Below, one piece after another: positions 1-11,200 of a stretch of 64,000 nt of DNA; within the stretch, counting starts at the first letter, position 1, and the number at the start of each line of letters is the position of its first letter. The notes beneath the pieces were generated by a model. It was not told the origin of the DNA. It was given only the letters and a program-made list of their open reading frames with translations, and made no database searches. Both the position numbers and the translations under genes were made by a program. The stretch comes from a virus (lineage: Duplodnaviria; Caudoviricetes), in IMG/VR virus record IMGVR_UViG_2571042804_000002, positions 4,662-68,661 of that record; one strand, written 5' to 3'.

Positions 1-2
1 TA

Positions 3-785
3 CCCCTGTGATTTAACCCAATATAAGCCATAATCTTTATTATTTCCTACATTAACACCGTAAGCAGTATCTTGATACATATCTTGTGATTGACTTGAGC
101 CACCATATAATGCAACTTCGTGACCTGCATGTCTTAAATACTTAGCGATATTTGGTGTTATATATTTACGGATAAAATCACGTTCATTTGTTCCGTTTCC
201 GACTGCTCCAGGATCGTTATAACCATGACCGGCTACAAGCATAATTTTTTTAGGTTTAATTACTGCTTGCTTTTTGGCAGTTGCTTGCTTAATAACGCTT
301 TTAGCTTTATCTCCAACACTTACTTTATCTGGGAAATTTAATCTAATAAAATACATTGGGTCATCGTAATAATGAACATGTCTTGTAACGGTTTCGGGAC
401 CCCAACCAGGTTGCGCAACGCCATTTGTCCAACCTTTACCATTCCAATTTTGGCCAAACGATGTGAAAGTGTTTAGATTAGCGCTCTCAACAATTTCAAC
501 ATGTCCAGCTCCGCCACCATACTTTGACGGGAAAACGACAATGTCCAACTTTTGCGGTAAAAAGCTATCATAGTTTTTAATTATTTGCCCGTATTTTTCA
601 ATCCTTGCTTTATTATCAAATGGAATATTATAAGCGTATAAACCTTGTAACCTTTCGCCTGTTGCTATCATAAAAAACATATTTGCGTAATCGTAACACT
701 GAAATCCATAAAACAAATCAGGATTGAACTGCTTCCCTAATGAATTATCAAACCATTTTTCTGCTTGGTTTTTTGTTATCAACAT
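3..785 (-). CDS. Endolysin, CHAP + N-acetylmuramoyl-L-alanine amidase (partial, runs off window)
   Basis: Manual translation MLITKNQAEKWFDNSLGKQFNPDLFYGFQCYDYAN...GAGHVEIV...KKIMLVAGHGYNDPGA; CHAP Cys/His and Amidase_3 GHG motif; follows holin. Confidence 0.93.
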   Translation of the reverse strand, partial: MLITKNQAEKWFDNSLGKQFNPDLFYGFQCYDYANMFFMIATGERLQGLYAYNIPFDNKARIEKYGQIIKNYDSFLPQKLDIVVFPSKYGGGAGHVEIVESANLNTFTSFGQNWNGKGWTNGVAQPGWGPETVTRHVHYYDDPMYFIRLNFPDKVSVGDKAKSVIKQATAKKQAVIKPKKIMLVAGHGYNDPGAVGNGTNERDFIRKYITPNIAKYLRHAGHEVALYGGSSQSQDMYQDTAYGVNVGNNKDYGLYWVKSQG

Positions 786-795
786 TGGTCAACAC

Positions 796-1098
796 CTACC
801 CTAAATCATTTGTGTCGTTCATATTCGTAGGTGTCATTACTTCTTTAATTGGCGCTTGCCCTGTTGCTTTTCTATACTTGTTTTCAGCTTTATATTTCTT
901 TAGCTTTTGATTTGCCCATTTACCTTCTTGAGATGTTGGATTATCTTTATATGTAGTATATAAAGCAACAACTGTTAAGATAATCGATGAAACACTTTCT
1001 TCATCTACTGGTATCGGACTTATACCTTTATTCGCTAAAAACTGATTGACTAATGCTAAGATCAATACGATGTATCTTGTTATTACTTTTGCATCCAT
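796..1098 (-). CDS. Holin (SPP1 family)
   Basis: MDAKVITRYIVLILALVNQFL..., two hydrophobic segments, AAGGAG RBS, directly upstream of endolysin. Confidence 0.92.
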   Translation of the reverse strand: MDAKVITRYIVLILALVNQFLANKGISPIPVDEESVSSIILTVVALYTTYKDNPTSQEGKWANQKLKKYKAENKYRKATGQAPIKEVMTPTNMNDTNDLG

Positions 1099-1117
1099 TT
1101 GTTTGCTCCTTTTATCC

Positions 1118-1148
1118 AAAATAAAAAGCCAGTGCCAAAGCACTGACT
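1118..1148 (-). terminator. Intrinsic terminator-like hairpin just upstream of holin
   Basis: Minus strand AGTCAGTGC-TTTG-GCACTGGCT followed by TTTTATTTT. Confidence 0.65.
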
Positions 1149-1156
1149 CTTAACTA

Positions 1157-1219
1157 TTACTTACACTTACTAAACCAGAAACACGACCAAAAGCTATATC
1201 CTAAAATTCCCTTAAGCAT
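1157..1219 (-). CDS. 20-aa small ORF MLKGILGYSFWSCFWFSKCK
   Basis: Perfect RBS AAGGAGGTGA 5 nt before ATG; below the ORF-track size cutoff. Confidence 0.55.
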   Translation of the reverse strand: MLKGILGYSFWSCFWFSKCK

Positions 1220-1233
1220 GGTAATCACCTCCT

Positions 1234-1533
1234 TTAAATGCCAAAAATAGTTTTTAACAAGGCTATAACAAATGTACTTAGAATCGTCCCTATTAATCCT
1301 AGAATCCACATCTTGATGTCTCTAATATTTTTAGCATTTTTCTCTTTATTTTTTTCATCTTCTTCTTTGTCACGCCTTAGTTCTTCGAAATTTCTATCTA
1401 ACTTGTCATAAATTTTTTCTTGCGTTCTCAGACTGTCTTCTATTCTGTCGAATTTTTCAAACATAGTCTTATCATTTTCTTCTAATCGCGTTAAACGCCA
1501 ATCTTGTTCGTGTCGTTTGGTAAATCCAAACAT
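1234..1533 (-). CDS. Phage coiled-coil/C-terminal TM protein (DUF2951-like)
   Basis: MFGFTKRHEQDWRLTRLEE..., coiled coil plus C-terminal TM helix; usual position before lysis genes. Confidence 0.75.
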   Translation of the reverse strand: MFGFTKRHEQDWRLTRLEENDKTMFEKFDRIEDSLRTQEKIYDKLDRNFEELRRDKEEDEKNKEKNAKNIRDIKMWILGLIGTILSTFVIALLKTIFGI

Positions 1534-1578
1534 TACACCACCCACTTTATTCAAATTAAAAAGCCATAAGATTATAAC

Positions 1579-1743
1579 CTATGACTCTAGATTTTCTGGA
1601 TACTTTTCTCCTGTAATAATTGCATATTCCTCTTTATCTATAACTTCCATATCTACATACCACGCTATATCTTCTTTACTATATTCTTTCAATTGATACC
1701 ATGTTTTAATATCTTCGAATGTTGGTGAAATTAATTTAAGCAT
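1579..1743 (-). CDS. XkdX-like small phage protein
   Basis: Manual translation MLKLISPTFEDIKTWYQLKEYSKEDIAWYVDMEVIDKEEYAIITGEKYPENLES (54 aa); I-x-x-EEY-x-x-ITGE motif. Confidence 0.75.
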   Translation of the reverse strand: MLKLISPTFEDIKTWYQLKEYSKEDIAWYVDMEVIDKEEYAIITGEKYPENLES

Positions 1744-2125
1744 TTTCAGTCTCTCCTTTAACCTCTTCTAATTTTTTATTAAGTGTCACAAGTTGTTTTG
1801 CCATTAGTGCATTTTGCTTATTAACTTGCATCGATAACTTTGTACTTTGAACAACTTGTTTCTGCATACTAGCAACCATTTTTCGTAAGATGTCATCAGA
1901 AGCGACTGTGTTTTGTTCTTCACTGTCAATCTGTTGATGCAAGTCATCTTTTTCTTCTGAATAATCTTCGTTAAAAACTATTTCCCCATTTGAATATTTA
2001 AAGGCTTTAGGTCTAAAAACTTGAGAGAAATTTTCTGGTAAATTTTCAATATCAATACCTTCTTCAAAGCCACCAATGATAGCGTATGAAATTATCTCAT
2101 TACGCTTGTTAACTAATATTTGCAT
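1736..2125 (-). CDS. Phage tail-region protein (DUF2977-like)
   Basis: ORF track; position and recalled staphylococcal phage family. Confidence 0.7.
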   Translation of the reverse strand: MQILVNKRNEIISYAIIGGFEEGIDIENLPENFSQVFRPKAFKYSNGEIVFNEDYSEEKDDLHQQIDSEEQNTVASDDILRKMVASMQKQVVQSTKLSMQVNKQNALMAKQLVTLNKKLEEVKGETENA

Positions 2126-3591
2126 TATTTTCTCACTCCTATAATTTTGTTAATTGTCCCTCTATTTGCGTTCGCACCAGAGCCTCTTTGACTTCCTAAG
2201 TCGAAATAGACATCGTTTGATATAGTTAAAGATGTACGACTAGATTTAGTTAATCCAAACTCATAAACACCTCCACCATTTCCATCACCATCTGGAAGAT
2301 TTGAGGGATTCAATGAAATCTTTCCTCCTCCAAAAGGACTGCCAAACTCTGTAAAGTCACCACCTGGAAAAGTCCCATAAAAAATTAATAAAATAAATTG
2401 GTCTAAACTCTCATTTAAGTACAATGTAGAGCCCACACCATTTGCTGTTCCATCAAAAATAACCGAATACCTTTTATTAAACTTGTCATCTGCGTATAAT
2501 TTAGCGTTACTTTCGGCCATATTAGCTTTTGATTGGGCACTTTGAACAGTTTCAAAAGGTGTATTGTAATCATTAATAGCTAATTCTGACCACTCAGACC
2601 ATGAACCCGCTTCTTTTCTTTTAACAAATACTTTATTTGTACCGTTCGGTCGATAAGTCATACGCTTGTAATCTGAAGTTACTACTAAATATTCGACAGT
2701 ACCGTTAGTACTAACACCTCTTGGATAATTTATAGCTTGCGAAACATAAATAAATTGGGTTGAATCACCTATTCTTTGTTCTGGATTATTAAAATCAAAT
2801 CCAGTAATCTGCATTATCTTACCATCATCTTTAGTAATCTTAGCTTTTTGCCAATTTGAAGTAGAACCACTTGTGACTAAACCACCACTATTCACTGACT
2901 GCTTGAAGGCTTCATGTTTCTCATCCATATATCGCTTTTGCTCATCGAATGTTCTTGAATATGCTTGCGCTTTATTTTCCAAATCAGATATATGGCTATT
3001 AGCAAGTTGCTTTAATTCATCTATACTTGAAGATTTTGCTATTTGAATATCTGATAGACCTTTTTCTTTAGCTTTTTCAATCAGACTCGCATAATCTTCA
3101 CCATTTTTTATAGCCTCGTCCATTGCTTTCGCACGATCCATAATAGTTTTTTCTAATTCCTGAAATTCAACAATATAGTGTAATTTTGTTTCAGATGGAA
3201 TCATGCTAAACAAACTTTTTTCAACGTTAAATGTGATAGTTCTCTCGACAACTACCACGTCTGAATTACCTAATTCTGCAACCGAAACTTGAGCTTGATA
3301 ACTTCCATCTCGTTTAATTACATCATTAGGTAATTGAAATTTTAAAATACCTTTAAATGGATCTAATATTTCTAGTGGAGCAACTACCATGACTCCTTTA
3401 CCTCGAATCGCTATTCGTGCTTTGATATTTTCTTCACTCAATAATAACGGTTGATTATTTTTAGTGATATTAAAAAGAAGAACAGAAGAATCACTCTCTC
3501 CTGTTCTAAAAGTTATATCTAGATTTGAAATATTTTCATAATGCGCTGTGTTTTCTAAATTTATAGCTACAGATTTCTCTAAATTACTCAT
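2125..3591 (-). CDS. Upper baseplate protein BppU-like / tail fibre
   Basis: MSNLEKSVAINLEN...; N-terminal BppU-like domain, coiled coil, Gly-rich C-terminus. Confidence 0.75.
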   Translation of the reverse strand: MSNLEKSVAINLENTAHYENISNLDITFRTGESDSSVLLFNITKNNQPLLLSEENIKARIAIRGKGVMVVAPLEILDPFKGILKFQLPNDVIKRDGSYQAQVSVAELGNSDVVVVERTITFNVEKSLFSMIPSETKLHYIVEFQELEKTIMDRAKAMDEAIKNGEDYASLIEKAKEKGLSDIQIAKSSSIDELKQLANSHISDLENKAQAYSRTFDEQKRYMDEKHEAFKQSVNSGGLVTSGSTSNWQKAKITKDDGKIMQITGFDFNNPEQRIGDSTQFIYVSQAINYPRGVSTNGTVEYLVVTSDYKRMTYRPNGTNKVFVKRKEAGSWSEWSELAINDYNTPFETVQSAQSKANMAESNAKLYADDKFNKRYSVIFDGTANGVGSTLYLNESLDQFILLIFYGTFPGGDFTEFGSPFGGGKISLNPSNLPDGDGNGGGVYEFGLTKSSRTSLTISNDVYFDLGSQRGSGANANRGTINKIIGVRK

Positions 3592-5501
3592 TAACTTATA
3601 ATTCTCCCTTCGTGTAAAGTCCATGGCCCTGAACTTGTTTTACTATCATAATTTTTCAATAGTATCTCAGCAGATGCTGTAACACTATTACGAACTAGCC
3701 TATGAACAAAGCCACCTGTGTTTGAAGCTTCTACATATAAGTTCCAACCAGCTACCCCTTTACGTTCAGTTGGAAAATCTGTAAAACGTTTTGTATCATC
3801 CGTAGTTAAATAAAACGACATGCCTACTATGTTAATATCTGACATTTTTGTGATGAATGAAGGTACTCTCTCCCATTTACCACTATTTTTAGGCACATAA
3901 TTCCAGTCCGAAATGTCTCCAGTTCTTCCAGAAAGCACCCTTTCAAAAGTCATCATATTCCTTGCATAACTATTACGCGTCAATATCTGAATTACATCAC
4001 CGCCAGTTTGTGGTGGCTTAACTTCCAAGAACCAACCTGCATCACGCCATTCTCTTGGTAATGGGAAATCATCGATTTGAACTGTATGATCAGTGTATAA
4101 ATAGTAAAGACCTGGCTCTGTTAACATCCCAAGATTCTTAAGTTTATCAGGCCTCATTGGTAAAGGTTTAACTCTACCACCTGTGTCACTCATGATAAAA
4201 GGAACGCCTCTTGAGTGAAGTATTTCTAAAATACCTCTTTGCCCAATCATGAAAATACGATGTGTTCTATTTCCATCACCACCGACAGTAACACCTAGCA
4301 TCAAAGCTTTTTTACCACTATCTTTGTCATAGTATATTTGCAAACCTTCTGCTTCCGCAAATTCGCCAGGAAATGAATCTAGTGTTCCACCATAGTCAGC
4401 ATTAACCTGATACGCTTCTTCTCCTGTTTCTAAATCGAAAGCCGTTAAATAGTTTCTATTATTTGGATTACTGTCTCCTGTATACCAATACAAGTATTTT
4501 TCATCAAAAGTCACACCCTGCATTGGTTGGGTTTCGTTTGTTAGTCTCATAGGGATACTGATTTTATGCAAAACTTTATCAATATTTTTATCAACATCGT
4601 CTAAACTTCTTATCTCTATATAATTCATTGAGTTTTCAAGTTCCCACTGACTTCTAGGTCTCTCAATTCTGTATAGAATTTTATTTTCTTTTTCATTTAT
4701 GACAGGGGTGATGTAGGGTTTTTCTGGGTGTCCTGTAAATACATCTTGCATACCATACTTGCCATAGCTAATTTCCACATTAGGCGTATACTTGAAACGA
4801 ACTAATGTATTCTCATTATTACCATTTAAGATAAAACTATAAATCCATAACTCATCATCAATATATCTATAACCGTTATGTGTACCATGACCCCCACCTA
4901 CAATCAATGAGCTGTCTATAAATTGACCATTAGGTCTTAGACGACTTAGCATATAGCCATTATTTCTAGCTTGTGTCATGTATACTATGCCTGTTCTATT
5001 ATCAAACCAGAAGGATTGCATTACTGCATTTGTAAGAGGTGCAAGTTCTGTCACAAATAAAAATTCTTGCTTATCAGGTTCAAAACGATACTCGATATCA
5101 AGAATTTCTTGTTTGGTCTTATTTAATTCTCTTATAGTTTCCTCTTTATTAATTTGAGTTTTGGTTTCCCAATCGTCTAAATGTTCTTTTAATGTGTCAA
5201 AGGTTTCGCCGTTTACATTAACTCGAGCTTGAACAATCTCATTAGCACTGTTATTACGTGGTGCCACAACAAGTGCGTTAATTTGACTTTGTAAAGATTT
5301 GTTTACTGCTGCTTGCGATCTACCATTATAATAAATTTGCTCAGCGAAGTGTTGAATTGTTTTAGCTTTCTGATGCAACTTAAACTCTGTTGTCAAGCCA
5401 AGCGCAAATTGCTCTATTCTTTGTAAGTTTTGTATTTCCTTAGCTCTATAATCTCGACCTGCTAAAGCTCCCAAATCCTTTATTAAATACAAATTTTCCA
5501 T
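3591..5501 (-). CDS. Receptor-binding / minor structural protein (phi11 gp45-like)
   Basis: 636 aa; NEIVQARV stem motif, beta-propeller-like VMQSF/GGGHG/MQG/EAEG motifs. Confidence 0.8.
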   Translation of the reverse strand: MENLYLIKDLGALAGRDYRAKEIQNLQRIEQFALGLTTEFKLHQKAKTIQHFAEQIYYNGRSQAAVNKSLQSQINALVVAPRNNSANEIVQARVNVNGETFDTLKEHLDDWETKTQINKEETIRELNKTKQEILDIEYRFEPDKQEFLFVTELAPLTNAVMQSFWFDNRTGIVYMTQARNNGYMLSRLRPNGQFIDSSLIVGGGHGTHNGYRYIDDELWIYSFILNGNNENTLVRFKYTPNVEISYGKYGMQDVFTGHPEKPYITPVINEKENKILYRIERPRSQWELENSMNYIEIRSLDDVDKNIDKVLHKISIPMRLTNETQPMQGVTFDEKYLYWYTGDSNPNNRNYLTAFDLETGEEAYQVNADYGGTLDSFPGEFAEAEGLQIYYDKDSGKKALMLGVTVGGDGNRTHRIFMIGQRGILEILHSRGVPFIMSDTGGRVKPLPMRPDKLKNLGMLTEPGLYYLYTDHTVQIDDFPLPREWRDAGWFLEVKPPQTGGDVIQILTRNSYARNMMTFERVLSGRTGDISDWNYVPKNSGKWERVPSFITKMSDINIVGMSFYLTTDDTKRFTDFPTERKGVAGWNLYVEASNTGGFVHRLVRNSVTASAEILLKNYDSKTSSGPWTLHEGRIIS

Positions 5502-5516
5502 AATGCACCTTCCTTT

Positions 5517-5807
5517 CTAATAAAATAGCACTGTACCAAGTTTCCCACTATCGTCAACTGTTATTTTCCACAATTTACCGTTTGGGGATTTCTGTACAAT
5601 GCTATTTTGAATAATTCCTGCTTCGCCTATTTTTAAATTATCTAATTTATTTTTATCATTTACCGAAATGATACCGTCTTGAGGCAATCCATCAATATCA
5701 CTACTGCCTGCATAAGGTATCCCATTTATAGCTTTCCAATGTGTAGCTGGAAAATACTGTTTATCGTTTTCAAGTAGCGCTTTGATTTTAACTTCTTCTG
5801 TTGCCAT
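5517..5807 (-). CDS. Hypothetical tail-module protein
   Basis: ORF track, coupled to neighbours. Confidence 0.65.
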   Translation of the reverse strand: MATEEVKIKALLENDKQYFPATHWKAINGIPYAGSSDIDGLPQDGIISVNDKNKLDNLKIGEAGIIQNSIVQKSPNGKLWKITVDDSGKLGTVLFY

Positions 5808-7390
5808 TATATTAATACACTCCCTATATCCATTGTCTCGAAAGGAGAATTCAAAGTACTAGTGTATAAATGATTTATACGATTTGCTTGATAGTTATAT
5901 CTATTATCTTGTGCAATAACTCGTCTGTTAAGCGCTTGTTGAATTTGTACCATATCCTTTATTTCATTGCTGAAAGACACTTCATCTATTGCGTTTACAA
6001 ATGGATGTGACCTATCAAGTTTAACAACCTTTAATTCAGTGTTATATCCCATTAATTCATGAACAAAGAATACGCTATCTCTTGGCTCTATTTTTTCATA
6101 ACCTATATAATTAACATCTAATTCAGTCTTAGGAGTATCATTTATTTGCTTTTTTGCAAATTCTAACAGCTTATCCTGTGTTTCGATATCTTCATTTGTT
6201 TGCGTATTAGCATATCGAATCCCAAACTGCTTTGCACTATCTGCGACGTAGTCAACAATTGCTTTGTATTGATTGCGACCTGAGTTGTCAGCAATTAAAT
6301 TTAAGACTGTTGATTTTTCAGTTCCAACATACATACAAGGCTTAGCTTTTTTATTTGAAGATATATCAATTCTATTTTTGGGGTCTTCTCCTAAAAATAT
6401 CATTTCTAAAACGTGCTTGCCTTTATCAATATTTTTTATTAAATCTATTGTTTCAGACTGAACCGACTTAGCAAAACAAGAAATTTGCTTAATTTGCTTG
6501 CCGTCTAAAATCAACTTATATATTCCACCTTGAGAGCCCTTTTTTATTGTAAATCTAACTGTTTCATTACCATACTTGCAATCAAAGTTAATAGTAGCTT
6601 TAGACCCAATTGTTGCGGTACGATAAGTACCTTCTTTTATAAAACCATTTGAATATTTAATGTCAGTTGTTCTAATAGGATTATAATTTTTCTTTTCCTC
6701 GGCTGTGTACTTTTTCCCAAAAACTTTTATAGCTGTTCTTAATTCCAACGTACTGACAGTAGCAGACACAGTATCAGTATTATATTGATACCTTATTACT
6801 TTTTCGCTTCTTTGATAGAATGTTTCAGGAGAATAAAAACATATCTCCGTATCATTTGGATAAATAATACAACCAAACAAATCTACTGCTTCTTTACAAT
6901 ATTCTAAGCCATTTTTATTACCTAATTCATCAATTGGTATTTTTCTTTTAAAATCTCCAATTATTTTATAGGTCATCTTGACTGACGTTTTTTGATTTGC
7001 AAATCCATATCTTAAGTACTCATCTAAAGAGTATTCTGGCGTTTTACCAGTTTCGCTACTGTCGTCATCAAGCTTATTTGATTCCACTGAGTGATTTTGA
7101 AATTCATACATTATGTGATATGCCGTAACTTCAATAAAAACTTTATCACCTTCAACCTTTGGCGCTGTCTGCTTAATTGTGTATTTTTCACCATGATAAA
7201 TTATGAAGTTTTCACAAATCAATAAATCAAAAACAAAACTATTATGAGTAGTTCTATAAACTGTAAAGGTGATGTACCTAGCTTCATTCAGTTCATAATA
7301 TTCTTTAAAAGAACCGTAATCTACATCTAGTAAATTTTCACAAATCAATTCATTAAAATCCATTACTGATAAATGATCATGATAATCCAT
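5807..7390 (-). CDS. Tal-like prophage tail endopeptidase/baseplate hub
   Basis: Follows Dit; prophage-tail family features (YITFTV, AYHIMYE). Confidence 0.8.
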   Translation of the reverse strand: MDYHDHLSVMDFNELICENLLDVDYGSFKEYYELNEARYITFTVYRTTHNSFVFDLLICENFIIYHGEKYTIKQTAPKVEGDKVFIEVTAYHIMYEFQNHSVESNKLDDDSSETGKTPEYSLDEYLRYGFANQKTSVKMTYKIIGDFKRKIPIDELGNKNGLEYCKEAVDLFGCIIYPNDTEICFYSPETFYQRSEKVIRYQYNTDTVSATVSTLELRTAIKVFGKKYTAEEKKNYNPIRTTDIKYSNGFIKEGTYRTATIGSKATINFDCKYGNETVRFTIKKGSQGGIYKLILDGKQIKQISCFAKSVQSETIDLIKNIDKGKHVLEMIFLGEDPKNRIDISSNKKAKPCMYVGTEKSTVLNLIADNSGRNQYKAIVDYVADSAKQFGIRYANTQTNEDIETQDKLLEFAKKQINDTPKTELDVNYIGYEKIEPRDSVFFVHELMGYNTELKVVKLDRSHPFVNAIDEVSFSNEIKDMVQIQQALNRRVIAQDNRYNYQANRINHLYTSTLNSPFETMDIGSVLI

Positions 7391-7398
7391 TAAATCAC

Positions 7399-8223
7399 CT
7401 ACCTATAAATAAAAGGAAACTTAAATGTAGTTTTAATATCACTGACGTCTCCTTTAATCTTAAATTCATTTTTACCTGGCGCTAATGTTATAATGCCTCT
7501 ATTTGTATCAATTCCCACTCTGTTTATATCTCGATATGCATACACACCATCTAAAACAAAATCAGTGTTTTTATCTATACTTTTGTTGTACTTAAAAATA
7601 TCACCTGTTGTATAATTAACCAGTTCAAATCCTCCACTCGCATTTAAATTAATTAATATTTTCAAATCGTGCTTGAATCGTGGATTTATCGTATCAGTAG
7701 AACCGTTCCAAATAGTAAATTGATTTGATGTATGAGTATATTTAGGTGTGAAATCAAGAGGAATTCCATTTTCAAACATCCAATTAGAGTCGAATAAGAA
7801 CTCGCTATCGGTCCAATTAACTGATTCAGAATACCCTTTATAAACATTTAAACTTACTTCAATTTCAGTTGAAGAACCATCTTTTAAATTAGATGTAACA
7901 TTAGCTGTATTCACTGCATATTTAACACCAGGCATTTGAGAAGTAATAACATAATAAGGATGTCTGCGATTAAACACAGATCTAAACCAATGCTCAAATA
8001 AATTTAAATCTATAACATCTATACCATCATAGCCAAACCTTAATACTAATGAAAAAGGCGCAAAACTAATTGCGCCCGGTAAAATACCATCTACTCCGTT
8101 AATAGTTACACTGTTATCATTGGTGTTTGGACTTTCAGCCCTTGCATCTAAAAATATAAGCTGATTAAAATCTGTTATTACTTCTTCCTTGTAACCATCT
8201 ATGATTTTTACAAAAGATTGCAT
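7399..8223 (-). CDS. Distal tail protein (Dit)
   Basis: Directly after tape measure gene; C-terminal ITLAPGKNEF motif. Confidence 0.85.
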   Translation of the reverse strand: MQSFVKIIDGYKEEVITDFNQLIFLDARAESPNTNDNSVTINGVDGILPGAISFAPFSLVLRFGYDGIDVIDLNLFEHWFRSVFNRRHPYYVITSQMPGVKYAVNTANVTSNLKDGSSTEIEVSLNVYKGYSESVNWTDSEFLFDSNWMFENGIPLDFTPKYTHTSNQFTIWNGSTDTINPRFKHDLKILINLNASGGFELVNYTTGDIFKYNKSIDKNTDFVLDGVYAYRDINRVGIDTNRGIITLAPGKNEFKIKGDVSDIKTTFKFPFIYR

Positions 8224-11200
8224 TAATTAGTCAAACCTCCCATATAATTATTTGCATTTGCTCTATGCCCACTTTGTTTTGACAATATTTTTTCTAAACC
8301 TCTAATTGCATCATTAGAACCTAAGTTATTATCCTGAGAAGAAACAGTTTGAATCAACGCATCTGTTAATTTATTTCCTTTATCACTTAACATAACAATT
8401 TGTTTCAACAATTTTTCAACTGTAGAAGTATCATTATTTACAGTGATGTTATTTGGCTTGCCATCCATACCGATGATGCGCATAACCTGTTCAGTTAATT
8501 GAATTGCTCGTTTACGTCTAGTTAAAGGGATAACCATCTCCTGTTTATCTCCTTCACCCACTTCAGCAAGTTGATGCTTTGTAATCAAACCACCATTCGC
8601 ATATCTTCTTGGACCACTTGGAGACCAACCACCTCTTGGGTTAAACTGTGAGCGCCAATATCTGTTGTTAAAGAACGCTAATAACTGATCGTAACCACTA
8701 TATATATTGTTGTGACCTCTAACAGCATAATGTCTAAATGTTTGTGGGATATATTGAAGCAATCCTTTTGCTGGATTGCCCTGTAAAACGTTGATGTCTC
8801 TAAGCGAACTAGATTGAGTTATACCTGCATTTCCTCCTGATTCGTGTTGAATCAAGCTAATGATATTTCCTACGTCAGCCGAAGTAACATTAACACCCAT
8901 TCGTTTTGCTGCACGACGTATATCGCCTGCCCAAGCAGATGCAGCCTTATTAACACCTGAACCACTTCGAACGCCACTACCTTTAAGTGACTTCAACCAT
9001 TTTTCTGGATCTTTAGCTGTATCATTCCCTGGATGCGACCCTTGCATCAATTGGAAATGTAAGTGTGCTCCTCTAACGAAATTACCTGTAGCACCTGATT
9101 TCCCTATCAGTTGACCAGCTTTAATACGTTGGCCTTGTCTTGCTAATTGCTTAGATAAATGCATATACCAGTTCCATTCGTTAGCACCGGTCTTAATTTG
9201 TATAGAATTACCGCCACCGTAATCAGTCCATACTTTATCAGCTATACCGCCTTTAACAGCATAAATGTTCGTTCCTGTAGGCATACCAAAGTCGATACCA
9301 TAGTGACGACCGCCATTAAAGTTAAGTCCACCTGTGTAACTCCCAAACCTTTGCCAAATTGGATGGTCAAATAGATAGCTTCCATCGCCTCCGCCACCAA
9401 AATCTTCAAACCACGATTTTACTTTGTCTACTAATTTCTTTTTGAGCAATGAGTACGCGCCTTTAGCAATTTTTACTGTAGCGTTAGCTCCGCCTCCAAA
9501 ATTAATATTTAAACCTGACATTACTTTATTTACTAGTTTCCCTGGATGTTGTACATAATCCCACACATCGCCGATTTTATCGCCTAACCAAGATGCACCA
9601 TCTTTGATTTTATCGCCTGCCGCTTCAACCATTTCTTCTGCACCTTTTTTGATATTATGAGCTGTGTTTTTAGCTTTAGAACCGAAGTCCCCTGCTTTTT
9701 TACCAAGATTTTCAGTAACTTGTTCCATCCATTTTTTCTTTTTCGTACCACCATGGAATTTTGGCAAAACACCCATCCGCTGTAACTTCAGAGTGTCATT
9801 GGCATTTATTACACTATCTCCAACTCCTAGTGGAACAACCACATCTCGTCCTTGGGGTGCATGGAATGTTCCGTCAGCCCTGTGAATTATTTCTTGAACT
9901 CCACCACCTGGGGCGTTTCCAGAACCTCTATCATTTAATACAGCAAATGTCGGTTGCGTTAATGCTCCTGAATTATCGGTAGCTACACCCTTTCCTGCTA
10001 AAGTACCAGTAGACAATGTAGGTATTGGCTTGATGAGATTTTTATCAGTAATGGCTTTAGATATTTTATTAATACCGCCAATCATGCTATTCAAACCGCC
10101 AATAGCTTTATTAGCAACATTTTTACCTAAATCAGCCGCAGCTCTTCCCATGTCTTTACCAATATCTCTAATCCAATCATATGTTTTTGATAGCCATTTT
10201 CTAAAACCATTAAATACTGATTTAGCGTTAGACCATGCCGAACTTGAAATTGCATCAAAACGATCGTGGGCTCTTGAATACATATCCCCAGTCCAACCTT
10301 TTAAAGATTTGTATGAGTTACTAAACCATTTCGATGTTCCTTTCCAAACGGATTTTGCATTCGACCATGCTGTACTAGAAATATTATCCCATTTCGAGCG
10401 CGATTTATTAGCCATATCTGTTAGCCAACCCTTTGCACTTTTATATGCGTTGCTAAACCATTTTGATGTGCCTCTCCAAATAGATTTTGAATGCGCCCAA
10501 GCTTTATCTGAGGCATCTGAATACTTTTGCTTAGTTTGATTGTAAATACTTCCTGTAGTCGATTTAACAGATTGCCAAGCTTTTCCAAACCATTTACCAG
10601 TACTATTAGCTATAGCCTTAGTGTGATATCCTACAGAACTTTTGGCTGAGCTCCAACTTGAACTTAATTTGCTTGGAATTCCTTTGATTCCACTCCACAT
10701 TTTTTTCATTTCGCCGCCAAAATGATTAGCATTTCTGCCCATTTTACTAAAGGCTTCACCAGTTTTAGTTTTTACGCCGTCCCAAGCATTTCCAAACCAT
10801 TTCTTTATATTTTCTCTGTTTCTACGAGCTGTTTCTTCTTGTTCTTTAGCGTATTTATCACTTTTCTTCTTTTGGTCTTCTCTAAAGTTAGACCACCAAC
10901 TTTTAAGACCATTCCACCACTTTTCAGTATTTTTATATACACGTCCACTGGATAAATCCATTTCTTTATCAATATCTTTATTTTGCTTTTTAACAACGTC
11001 TACTACAGCATCTTTTTTAGATTTTGCCTTTCTTACTTCATCCTTATGTCTTTGATCAGCAATAGCTAACAATTTATCTTTTTCAGACTTAGAAAGGTTG
11101 ACGTTATTTTTTATAGCAATGACATCATCTTCATACTGCTTATCCACTTCTTTTTTTCTTGCTTTTCTTGCTTTTTCTGCTTCTTTAATTGCTTTGCTCG

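Noticed and set aside
1-785. PVL (lukSF-PV) carriage by this Sa2-type phage
   Set aside because: It would lie beyond the endolysin, outside the window; cannot be assessed
10200-10930. Trp-periodic repeats in the tape measure protein
   Set aside because: Ordinary tape measure repeat architecture
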